Virus record (IMG/VR): IMGVR_UViG_3300020410_000413
Origin: a virus
Direction: 5' to 3' (one strand)
Length of the DNA: 40,209 nt
In this document: positions 1 through 8,959 of the stretch, piece by piece
Layout of the letters: every line of letters starts with the position of its first letter
Position numbering within the stretch: the first letter of the stretch is position 1
Translations under genes and position numbers: made by a program
Notes under the pieces: generated by a model
The model's input: the letters and a program-made list of their open reading frames with translations, nothing else
Databases searched by the model: none
What the model was told of the DNA's origin: nothing

Positions 1-866
1 TTACGCATTTCTTTTTCTCTTGTTTCTTCAAGATAAGGAATACGAGCTGCCCATGCACTATCATTTGCAAGTTTATTATCACAAAGATAAAAAGGTATTC
101 CCTGATATTCTCCTAATAATTTTGACTTAAATCCTGTACAATCAATATATAAATCTGCCTGTAGTGCATTAACACCATCCATGATGATATAACTAATGGT
201 TTGATCATTAGGTCTTTCATACATTGTCTGGTATCCAGTTATCTCTCCCTTAATATGTTGAACACCATTAGGAATACAAATATGATCTCTAAGATAGATA
301 CCAAACTTTGTTGCATCTAAATGATATGCAGTATGTCTTCTAAAATCAAAATCTCTAGTTACACCATCACGATTTCTAGTTTGTTTATTCTCATTGCATA
401 AAAAAGTATTAGCACAATAAAATTCTGCAAACGATTCTGGGGGAAATTCTTCTGGATAATGTGATGCTAGGTGACCCCATGTGTTAAGTCCTGCGTTAGC
501 AAAAGTAAAATCATAATTTGAATAAAATGGATATTGAAATACCTCTTCCTTTCCTTCTCTAAAGTTAGTAAATTGTATGCCATTTTTATATGTTGCATCA
601 CAATGAGGCATCCAATCTTCATCCTCTAATTCTAACAGTTCTAAGTACTGATTGAAATGTCCTAAAGTTGATTCACCCACACCAATAGTTTTAATATCTG
701 GTGATTCAACTAAAGCAATCTCTAAATGAGGGCATAACTTTGATAATGCTGCTGCTGTCATCCATCCTGATGACCCACCACCAACAATAACTACACTTTC
801 AATCTTACCTTTGTAAGGATCGAAGTTTTCAAATTCTATAACGTGGTCTGGTTCAGTTACTTTCAT
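1..866 (-). CDS. prnA: Flavin-dependent (tryptophan) halogenase family protein, 3' end outside window; not in the ORF track
   Basis: Manual translation from ATG at 866: MKVTEPDHVIEFENFDPYKGKIESVVIVGGGSSGWMTAAAL...TIGVGESTLG...CDATYKNGIQF...AYHLDATKF...ADLYIDCTGFKS. It has the GxGxxG FAD motif and the catalytic-Lys motif, and the frame is open to the window edge. Confidence 0.9.
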   Translation of the reverse strand, partial: MKVTEPDHVIEFENFDPYKGKIESVVIVGGGSSGWMTAAALSKLCPHLEIALVESPDIKTIGVGESTLGHFNQYLELLELEDEDWMPHCDATYKNGIQFTNFREGKEEVFQYPFYSNYDFTFANAGLNTWGHLASHYPEEFPPESFAEFYCANTFLCNENKQTRNRDGVTRDFDFRRHTAYHLDATKFGIYLRDHICIPNGVQHIKGEITGYQTMYERPNDQTISYIIMDGVNALQADLYIDCTGFKSKLLGEYQGIPFYLCDNKLANDSAWAARIPYLEETREKEMR

Positions 867-2271
867 AATAATCTACTGCAAAGGGAAAAGATTCTTGTAA
901 TTCATCAAAATGGCTCCAGTTGGCAACAGAGAAATATCCCTGTTCATTAAATTTACCATCCTTCTTTAATAATTCTAGCATAACTTTATCAAAAGGATGA
1001 TAGTTATGCCCTGCACAAATAAAAGCACCTCCATATAAGTTGCCCATTGTCCAGTTTTCTACAGGAAGTTTGGTGTATGGTATTGATTCATGTTCTTGAG
1101 TAAGATATTTCCAGTATGGTGTATCTTCTCTTGTAGAAAGATGATAATGTAACGCTACAAAATCTTTAAAACCAATAAAACTTTCTCTAACATATGTATT
1201 AAAGAAATTGATGTCTGCTTTTCTAATTACTGGTAGGGTTAGCACCTTAGATGCTTCAATTAACCAGTTATGTACACTCAATAAACTATTACTCTCTAAT
1301 GGTTCAATAAATCCACCACTTAATCCTATTGATAATACTTTGCCTCTCCAAGGTTTATCTGATAGTCCAGTTCTAAATTTAATTAATCTGTAATCTGATA
1401 GAGTTTCTTTTGGATAACCTAAATGTTTTTTAAATTCTTCTAGTGCATCTTCATCACTCACAAATTTAGATGAGAAATTATATCCTGTTCCAATACGACT
1501 TCTTAATGGAACATTCCATACCCATCCGTTGTCCATACCAGTGCAATTAGTATAAACTCTTTGTTGTTCACATTTATTTGTATAAGGTAGTCTTACTGTC
1601 CATGCTCTATCGTTAGGTAATTCTTTATCAAACTTATCCCAGTTCTCATAGTCATACGCATCTGATAATAAACTCTTAAATCCTGTACAATCTACAAACA
1701 AATCATAATCTTCATTGAGAATACTTTTATCTACATGTTTAATGATATGATTAACTTTTCTACACCTATTAATTCTCAACCAATTAGCAAACTTTGCTGC
1801 GTCTATATGAAATCCTCTATGTATTCTATGATTATAGAAATCAATATCCTGTTGAATAATTCTATTCTCTACAATAGATTTATAGTGAGGGCAATAGAAC
1901 TTTGCAAATGTATCTACAGGACAATCTGTTAATGTTTTATGTATGAACCAATTAGATATATCTAATGATGGAGTTTCTATTATGTTTATAAAAGGAAAGT
2001 GAAATGCTCCCTCTGTTGCAGAAAAATTTTCAAACCTGACACTATACTTGTAAGTAGCATCACATTCTCTCATCCAATCTTCATCATCTATTTCAAGTAT
2101 TCTCAACCACTCTGAAATATATTGAGTAGTAGACTCACCTACACCTATAGTAGGAACGTTAGGTGATTCTATTAATGTTATTTCTTTATCAGGATTTAGA
2201 TGCGAAAAGGTGGCTGCAGTCATCCAACCTGCGGTGCCACCTCCTACGATGCAAATTTTATTAACCTTCAT
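853..2271 (-). CDS. prnA: Flavin-dependent (tryptophan) halogenase family protein
   Basis: Motifs IVGGGTAGW, IGVGEST, CDATYK, DCTGF, GWVWNVP (WxWxIP-like) and FIEPLES. Confidence 0.92.
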   Translation of the reverse strand: MKVNKICIVGGGTAGWMTAATFSHLNPDKEITLIESPNVPTIGVGESTTQYISEWLRILEIDDEDWMRECDATYKYSVRFENFSATEGAFHFPFINIIETPSLDISNWFIHKTLTDCPVDTFAKFYCPHYKSIVENRIIQQDIDFYNHRIHRGFHIDAAKFANWLRINRCRKVNHIIKHVDKSILNEDYDLFVDCTGFKSLLSDAYDYENWDKFDKELPNDRAWTVRLPYTNKCEQQRVYTNCTGMDNGWVWNVPLRSRIGTGYNFSSKFVSDEDALEEFKKHLGYPKETLSDYRLIKFRTGLSDKPWRGKVLSIGLSGGFIEPLESNSLLSVHNWLIEASKVLTLPVIRKADINFFNTYVRESFIGFKDFVALHYHLSTREDTPYWKYLTQEHESIPYTKLPVENWTMGNLYGGAFICAGHNYHPFDKVMLELLKKDGKFNEQGYFSVANWSHFDELQESFPFAVDYYESN

Positions 2272-2292
2272 AATATAACTTTACTAGTATAT

Positions 2293-2321
2293 ATTATACA
2301 CTATGCATTTGGATCTGTCCA
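2293..2321 (-). promoter_or_regulatory. sigma70-type promoter upstream of the halogenase pair
   Basis: Minus strand reads TGGACA-17 nt-TATAAT, ending about 20 nt before the ATG at 2271. Confidence 0.65.
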
Positions 2322-2801
2322 CCCTTCATATCTCTTCCATGCAGGTAACTCTGCATAAGACATTTTAGGGAACTTGTCTGCACCTGGTTCTTCTGTTTCC
2401 GAATAAGATTTTAATTCTGTTGGTGTTGCTGGTACTGATTTAGCAACTGGTTTAACATAAGTGGATTTGATATTCTTAATATGCTGATACCACTCTGCAT
2501 CACTTGCATCTAAACTTTTACCTGCTGCAATGTCTCGATAGAGCATGTCTAATTGTTCGCCCACCTCTCCATACGCAACCTGCCTTGCCATACCTGGATC
2601 AGTATAACTTCCACTTCTCTCAATCCATATCATTTTACCTTGGGCAGGTGACCACTCTAGAGTCCAATCTAGAGTTATGTTATCGTTATCTACATCAACC
2701 CAGACAAACTTAGCATCTGGACCATTGTAAATTTCAAACTCTTGACCAGGATCAACAATCTGCATTGCTCTTCCTTCAATAGATACTAAAACTTTTTTCA
2801 T
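2301..2801 (-). CDS. Tail-fibre-associated protein (putative assembly chaperone)
   Basis: Contains RQVAYGEVGEQLDMLYRD, resembling the RxxaYxxxxeQLDml motif of small proteins next to phage fibres; lies directly downstream of two fibre-like genes. Confidence 0.5.
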   Translation of the reverse strand: MKKVLVSIEGRAMQIVDPGQEFEIYNGPDAKFVWVDVDNDNITLDWTLEWSPAQGKMIWIERSGSYTDPGMARQVAYGEVGEQLDMLYRDIAAGKSLDASDAEWYQHIKNIKSTYVKPVAKSVPATPTELKSYSETEEPGADKFPKMSYAELPAWKRYEGWTDPNA

Positions 2802-2827
2802 TTGTCTGAATAATACCTCGTTGTTAT

Positions 2828-3661
2828 TTATAAGTAATGAGTTACAACAACTAAGCCAGGTCTTCCATTAGAACCCCTATGACCGTTGAAGTATCCACCA
2901 TTTCCACCCGAACCTGGTGGTGAATGACTTTGATGGTTATGACTGAAGTTTCCTCCTTGAGGGTGACCACCTGCTACACAAGCACCCCAGAATCCTCTTC
3001 CAGAGTTAGCATTTGATGATCCACCATCATGATGTTGGTCTCCACCACCACCATAGATATTCAGATTACCCCCCGATCCAATGCCTCCAAGACCACCATT
3101 GTGTTGGTGATTTCTGTTGGCACCATAACCACCAGAAGCTGAGAGATAACTTCCGAACGAACTGGATCCCCCATTTCCAGCACCTCCTCGATAATATGTT
3201 CCACCTGCTTCTCCTGATACGCTTACTGATACTGTTGACACACCTTCTACATTAATAATTTCTTCGGAGTACCCACCTGCTCCTCCACCTTCACCGTGAC
3301 CACCGCCACCTCCTCCACCTCCAATAACTTGGACGTGAGCATAACGAACTCCTGATGGACGTGACCATGTGCCACCTGATGTGAACACACTCATACTGGT
3401 TAAGTTACCTTGAGGTCCTAAGAATGTTTCCCAATAAGGAGAACTTCCATTAGATTTTAAAACCTTACCTGCATTACCAGACTGTGACGGTAGGAATCTT
3501 GCTGTTTGATTACCAGTAACACTACCATCTATTTGTAAAGTACTGACAGTTAATTTCCTGTCACCACCATCATTTCTAGTAATAGTCCATTGAGAACCAC
3601 TTCTAGTTAGACCACAGTTTCCTGAGACATCATATATGTTTAGTACTTTTAAACTACTCAT
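2828..3661 (-). CDS. Glycine-rich tail fibre/adhesin-like protein (paralogue A)
   Basis: Has the fibre motif LPSQSGNAGKVLKSNG..PYW, then FTSGGTW...VQVIGGGGGGG...GGGAGGY and a Gly-rich C-domain ending GRPGLVVV. Confidence 0.7.
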   Translation of the reverse strand: MSSLKVLNIYDVSGNCGLTRSGSQWTITRNDGGDRKLTVSTLQIDGSVTGNQTARFLPSQSGNAGKVLKSNGSSPYWETFLGPQGNLTSMSVFTSGGTWSRPSGVRYAHVQVIGGGGGGGGHGEGGGAGGYSEEIINVEGVSTVSVSVSGEAGGTYYRGGAGNGGSSSFGSYLSASGGYGANRNHQHNGGLGGIGSGGNLNIYGGGGDQHHDGGSSNANSGRGFWGACVAGGHPQGGNFSHNHQSHSPPGSGGNGGYFNGHRGSNGRPGLVVVTHYL

Positions 3662-4465
3662 TTATTTAAAGTGTGTAATAACGATCATGCCAGGTCTACC
3701 ATTAGACCCTCTGTGTGAGTTAAAGTAACCACCACTACCACCTGAGCCAGGTGCTGAGTGTGACTGGTGATTATGACTGAAGTTTCCACCTTGAGGATGT
3801 CCACCTGCTACAGCACCACCCCAGAATCCTCCACCACCAACTGATGAACGACCATGATGAGAGTCTCCTCCACCACCATAGATATTTAAGTTTCCTCCAG
3901 AACCTACTCCTCCTAAACCACCGCAATGTTGGTGATTTCTATTAGCACCATATCCACCTGATGCTGATAGGTAAGAACCGAATGAAGATGAACCTCCATT
4001 ACCTGCTCCACCTCTATAATATGTTCCGTTTGATTCTCCTGATACTGTGCAATATACTGAACTTATACTTTCTACGTTAATAACTTCCTCTGAATATCCA
4101 CCTGCTCCTCCACCTTCTCCATGTCCACCACCAGCTCCACCGCCACCGATAACTTGAACTTTAATATACTTAACATCCGCAGGTCTATTCCATGTACCTG
4201 ATGATGTAAATACACTCATACTTGAGATATTATCTGCAGATGGTGGGTTATCCCAATAAGGACTTGTCCCATTGGTATATAACATCTTACCACTTTGACC
4301 TGAGTGTGAGGGCAAAATACTATTTGTTGATCCTGTGATAGAACCATCAATCTGTAGGGTTCCTGGTATCACCAATGTATTATTGGTCTGCACTGTAGTG
4401 GCTGACAGAACGAAACCAGTATTCCCTGTCAAATCTTTAATAGCAGCAACTCGTAGTGTACTCAT
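3662..4465 (-). CDS. Glycine-rich tail fibre/adhesin-like protein (paralogue B)
   Basis: Same architecture as 2828..3661, with long identical stretches such as SFGSYLSASGGYGANRNHQH and GGHPQGGNFSHNHQSH. Confidence 0.7.
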   Translation of the reverse strand: MSTLRVAAIKDLTGNTGFVLSATTVQTNNTLVIPGTLQIDGSITGSTNSILPSHSGQSGKMLYTNGTSPYWDNPPSADNISSMSVFTSSGTWNRPADVKYIKVQVIGGGGAGGGHGEGGGAGGYSEEVINVESISSVYCTVSGESNGTYYRGGAGNGGSSSFGSYLSASGGYGANRNHQHCGGLGGVGSGGNLNIYGGGGDSHHGRSSVGGGGFWGGAVAGGHPQGGNFSHNHQSHSAPGSGGSGGYFNSHRGSNGRPGMIVITHFK

Positions 4466-4489
4466 TTTCTATCCGATTTATAAAACTAT

Positions 4490-4924
4490 TTAGGTGTAAG
4501 GATCAGAACCTATCATATATAGGGTAGCCCCAGAACCAATGGTTAGGGTATAACCATTACCCACTGTGACATCACCTGCCATATAACCAATCTTAAATTC
4601 ATTACCTATCGTAGGATCAAGATCTAAATTCTCTTCAATCGTATCATTATTACATCTGATCTGTCCTTTATCACCTACAACAGCACCACCCGCACCAACT
4701 TCGATCCATCCTGCATTTCCAGATCCATCGTCATTTGCATATACTTCTGCACTATCAGCAGTAGTATTAAAACGCATAGTTCCGATAGAGACACCTGACG
4801 GTCTCTGTGCTTCAGTTCCAGTTGGTAAACGAAATACACTATTAGTATTCAGAAAACTAAGAGTAGTAATAACTGCCTCTGTAGTATCTGCTATTTGGTT
4901 TCCGCTAATCCGTGTGATTGCCAT
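4490..4924 (-). CDS. Virion structural protein
   Basis: Carries the LPTGTEAQRP...GTMRFNT fibre-associated motif; late promoter motif upstream. Confidence 0.55.
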   Translation of the reverse strand: MAITRISGNQIADTTEAVITTLSFLNTNSVFRLPTGTEAQRPSGVSIGTMRFNTTADSAEVYANDDGSGNAGWIEVGAGGAVVGDKGQIRCNNDTIEENLDLDPTIGNEFKIGYMAGDVTVGNGYTLTIGSGATLYMIGSDPYT

Positions 4925-4946
4925 AGGTTACAACTCCAACCCCTGT

Positions 4947-4954
4947 TATTTATT
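4947..4954 (-). promoter_or_regulatory. T4-type late promoter
   Basis: AATAAATA (NATAAATA) about 20 nt upstream of the ATG at 4924. Confidence 0.55.
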
Positions 4955-7900
4955 TAGATAGGTAATTCAACAATATGAACTGTATCAGTCGCTAAAGGTG
5001 CATCCCCTGATCCAAATACAACGTTAGCACCATTACTATCAACTGTATAATTAGTGCCACCAATTTGTGCTACACCATTTAAGTATACAAGTACTGAGCT
5101 AGCACTGTGCTGAATAGGACCATTAGGACCTGGTGTGTAAACTGTCAGTGCGAATGTTAATGTAACACCATCACCAGTATATGTTCTGGTAATATACTTA
5201 TCAGAACCAACACCACCGTTACCAGTAACAACTAAGTCACCATCAATTAATATATTACCAAGTGCTTTGACTCTATAGTATTGGTTAGGTGCAGTTCCTA
5301 AACCAAGAACAGTGTTACCACTATATTCCTCTATATTAATATCTTTTGTATTTGTAAGACCAAACTCTTTCCATCCTTGATTAAAGTAGATCCAACCAAG
5401 TGATTTACCAGGATTCCAGTTGATATTATAAACTAAGTCACCATCTGCAGGTGTATTATAGTTTGTAATAGCAGATAAATCAGGTGCATTTCCTGCTTGA
5501 TTTTCTGGTGCAAGTAGTGTCTGTTTAATAACAGTACCATCTTGGTTATAGTATGATAGTTTTCTTGATGAAATATTATCCTGTGATGTTACTTGTTTCT
5601 GGAAGGTAACAGGACCTGCAAAGATAGATTCTAACTGGTTTGATGCACCACCAATAACTGTTAGTTTATCAGTTAACACCAATTCAGAGAACGTTTCAAT
5701 AGTTGTGTTCTCTTCACCAATAACGTTTAACTGTGCAATATCTTCATTAGTTATCTGACCTGTAACTGGGTTGATAACTTGGTTACCGATGAATAGGTCA
5801 CCGTTGGAGTTAAGACCAGAGTAGAAACTGACTCCTCCTTCTTCCTTAATTGACTGTGAGAATCTAACTTGGTTCTGTGTAAGAGTCTCGACCTGTGTCT
5901 GAGGGAATGCTGTGGAGTAGTTACCTGGACCGAAACCGAGGTATTCAAACGTATGGTTACCTGATCTAAGGATTGAGTGTCGTCTAAACTCAACGTTGAT
6001 TGGTGCGACTGTTCCATCATTATTCTCCCTTATATTAATCTTTCGAGTTTCTTCATCACCTGCACGTGCAGTTAACTCAATATTAGATAGTCTCTTGTTA
6101 ACTGAGTCATAGTTAGGTGTAGTACCTGGTTGTGTCCAACCTGTATCTGTAAGTAAGAACTCTGTGCATTCTTTAGTAATAGATCTTTGAGGATCCATAT
6201 TTGGTGGAGTTGCTCCATCTGTAGCATTAACTAATCCAATAGTAACGTTATCAGCAATGGATACAGCAGCATCTGGGTCTGCAAGTGGATTATCTCTGTC
6301 AAATGTAGGATAAACTTCATTAACGTTTTGAGAGAAGAATCTATCATTAAAGTTAGATGTACTTGGTGCGATAGATGCACACAAGAGAGTCAGATAATAG
6401 ATACCATCTGCAACACCTCTTTCAAATTCTTGAATAACATTAATATCATAAAGATAGAAACATTTGTCTAACTTATATGATGTTGTGTCACTATTCAATG
6501 GTTGCATAACATAACCAGAGATAGGGTCTCTAGGTAATGGATTAGTCTTATCCTTATCAATTACATATCTTACACGATATGTTCTGTCAGCAAGGTTTCT
6601 TGGATCAGGGATCCTCTTTAAGAATGTAGTTGGTGTAAAGTTAACAGTATTATAGATCGTGTTAACTGATAATGTAGTGTAAATGGTATTATTTACTGAG
6701 TTAACAGATAGATACCAACCACCTGGTTGACCTGCTACACCATTAATAGTATATAAGTTTGCATCATACTGGATCGGTGATCCAGCTTCTCCTGCTGATA
6801 CACCAGAAACATTAGGTCCATAAGGTGATATAGATGCATAATGAACACTTGCTTCTGTTGCTCCTGATGCTACAAGTAAACAGTTAATTTTATCTGCTAC
6901 TGCTGTATTACCAGTTCCATCTTGTCTAGCACCGATTGTATATCCTTGAACTCTTGTTGTTGGTGGTGATTGTTCAACAGTATAACCATACAAGTATAGT
7001 CTAGTACCTGGCGTTCCACCTTGTCCTGCTAGTGAAGAGTTAATTGCTTTTGTTCTTGGAATATCAATGTTAACCCAGTTAACTGATGTCTCTTCTCCAA
7101 ATATAACGTTTTGGTTTGCTAAGTCTGCTGTATTGACAGTATCAAGTGTGATAACTCTAGTATTAGTATTAACAGCACCAACTAATGCACCTTCTCCAAT
7201 TCCCGTTCCAGAAACGAGCATACCCTCAATAATACCATTAACACTACCATCATTAGCTAGTGTAATAGTATTAGAACCATTACTACCAGTTGCAGTTGTA
7301 GAAATAACATTCAGTGCTTTAGGTGGTATAACATGTGTTAATGCACCTGACTTATCTTTAGAGAATGATTTCTTCTTAAATCCTGCTGCTCTTAATGCTG
7401 TATTACCAAAGTTACTGTTACTGTTAGTAATTGACATGTCAGCACCACGCTCACATGTAAAGTGTGCAAAGTATCCCACAGCGAACACAGAAACCGCCTG
7501 TATAAATGCGTCATCTGATGCAACAATATGTCTATGTCCCCATCCTTTTCTGTACTCAGCATATCCATCTAAGTGTGCACCATCACCTGCTGTTGCTACA
7601 TCATAATTACCAGTCGAACTATTATATCTTACAAATGCTCTATCGTCTTTTTGTAGTGACAGTCCAGTAAACTGTGCCACAACCATTGATTTGAAACCAG
7701 TTGCTTTAGCACCGTTTGCATGCATACCGTTCATACCCCACACTGATCTTAGTGATAGGTTAAATGCGTATGGAGATGCAGAGTCAACTGTATCAATCTC
7801 AGTCTTAACTCCAATGTTTGTACCTACTGCGTTACCAGTTGGTTCACTTGACATCTGATACGTAAATACGTTTCCAGATGCAGATGTAACAGTAAATGAT

Positions 7901-8931
7901 CCATTATATAAACTTGCGTCAACTTCTGACTGAGGACCTGTTGAACCAGTTACACCACTAACGTTAATGTTTACACCAACAGAGAATCCGTGATTTCTTG
8001 GGTTATCAAACTCGTCAACAGTAACAGCAGTTGCAGTGTTACCATTTCTTGTAATCTGTAATACCCTATATTCATCAGAAATAGGACCAACGATTCTGTT
8101 TTCCTCAACTCTTGCCTGTATTTGGTCTGCACTTGGGTCACCTGATGTATCGGGAATTGTTGCGAATGCTTTTGATACTTTTTGATAGTATATGTCTAAG
8201 TCTGTTCTTTCTAAGATGTTAGGAACAGCTGAATAGTCAGCATTAGGAACAGTTCCATTAGATATAAGACTTGATAAAGTATTAAGACCATCAGCAAACT
8301 CAAAACATGTAAGTCTGTGATGTGAAAACTTAGGTGCTAGTGTTTCAGTGGAATCAGGTTTGAAGTATACACCCTCTTCAGCACCGTCGAAGAAAGAGAA
8401 TTGCCAGAAATAAGTACCACCAGTAACTTTGAAGATTGCAGTTCTTGGGGGGATTTGATCTTCGGTGTTAATACCTTTTGCAGCGTAGATAGTAGGGTAT
8501 GGAACATATTTTGGAATAATTTTTGTACGACGAAGGTCAGTTCCAACAACAGAACAACCTCTGGGAACTATAATACCACCTTCAGTGGAATTAAATTTAT
8601 AAAGAACGTTATTAGGTGAAGTTAAATCTAGGTTTGAGTTCTCATCAATAGGTGCAACGTTAGTATATAATACTTCGCCTGGTCTATTATCAATCACATA
8701 CTCAGCAGGATATAGCATGATACTAAAAGCATCAAACTCGTCATTACTAAGACCAACTCTATATGAAAATCTTGCTACCTCTAAAAATGCCCTTTGTAGT
8801 GATTTGAAAGGACGCAACGCTGAATTACCCCTATTATCAATAGCATCAGATGCGTCAAAATCGTCAGGGTTTACGTAGATTATACGTCCAGTTCTGGACG
8901 TAATAATATTCTTTAATCTCGTTAGGGACAT
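4954..8931 (-). CDS. Large virion structural protein (conserved in cyanomyoviruses)
   Basis: 1325 aa. N-terminus IIYVNPDDFDASDAIDNRGNSALRPFKSLQRA is typical of cyanomyovirus structural proteins. Beta-rich, with a C-terminal YTGDG..TFAL...VYLNGVAQ domain. Confidence 0.7.
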   Translation of the reverse strand: MSLTRLKNIITSRTGRIIYVNPDDFDASDAIDNRGNSALRPFKSLQRAFLEVARFSYRVGLSNDEFDAFSIMLYPAEYVIDNRPGEVLYTNVAPIDENSNLDLTSPNNVLYKFNSTEGGIIVPRGCSVVGTDLRRTKIIPKYVPYPTIYAAKGINTEDQIPPRTAIFKVTGGTYFWQFSFFDGAEEGVYFKPDSTETLAPKFSHHRLTCFEFADGLNTLSSLISNGTVPNADYSAVPNILERTDLDIYYQKVSKAFATIPDTSGDPSADQIQARVEENRIVGPISDEYRVLQITRNGNTATAVTVDEFDNPRNHGFSVGVNINVSGVTGSTGPQSEVDASLYNGSFTVTSASGNVFTYQMSSEPTGNAVGTNIGVKTEIDTVDSASPYAFNLSLRSVWGMNGMHANGAKATGFKSMVVAQFTGLSLQKDDRAFVRYNSSTGNYDVATAGDGAHLDGYAEYRKGWGHRHIVASDDAFIQAVSVFAVGYFAHFTCERGADMSITNSNSNFGNTALRAAGFKKKSFSKDKSGALTHVIPPKALNVISTTATGSNGSNTITLANDGSVNGIIEGMLVSGTGIGEGALVGAVNTNTRVITLDTVNTADLANQNVIFGEETSVNWVNIDIPRTKAINSSLAGQGGTPGTRLYLYGYTVEQSPPTTRVQGYTIGARQDGTGNTAVADKINCLLVASGATEASVHYASISPYGPNVSGVSAGEAGSPIQYDANLYTINGVAGQPGGWYLSVNSVNNTIYTTLSVNTIYNTVNFTPTTFLKRIPDPRNLADRTYRVRYVIDKDKTNPLPRDPISGYVMQPLNSDTTSYKLDKCFYLYDINVIQEFERGVADGIYYLTLLCASIAPSTSNFNDRFFSQNVNEVYPTFDRDNPLADPDAAVSIADNVTIGLVNATDGATPPNMDPQRSITKECTEFLLTDTGWTQPGTTPNYDSVNKRLSNIELTARAGDEETRKINIRENNDGTVAPINVEFRRHSILRSGNHTFEYLGFGPGNYSTAFPQTQVETLTQNQVRFSQSIKEEGGVSFYSGLNSNGDLFIGNQVINPVTGQITNEDIAQLNVIGEENTTIETFSELVLTDKLTVIGGASNQLESIFAGPVTFQKQVTSQDNISSRKLSYYNQDGTVIKQTLLAPENQAGNAPDLSAITNYNTPADGDLVYNINWNPGKSLGWIYFNQGWKEFGLTNTKDINIEEYSGNTVLGLGTAPNQYYRVKALGNILIDGDLVVTGNGGVGSDKYITRTYTGDGVTLTFALTVYTPGPNGPIQHSASSVLVYLNGVAQIGGTNYTVDSNGANVVFGSGDAPLATDTVHIVELPI

Positions 8932-8951
8932 TTAACTATTCGCCTTTTAGT

Positions 8952-8959
8952 TATTTATT
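8952..8959 (-). promoter_or_regulatory. T4-type late promoter
   Basis: AATAAATA 20 nt upstream of the ATG at 8931. Confidence 0.55.

Noticed and set aside
2287-2299. NtcA-like GTA...TAC sites near promoters (also 32708-32720)
   Set aside because: The spacing is N7, not the required GTA-N8-TAC.
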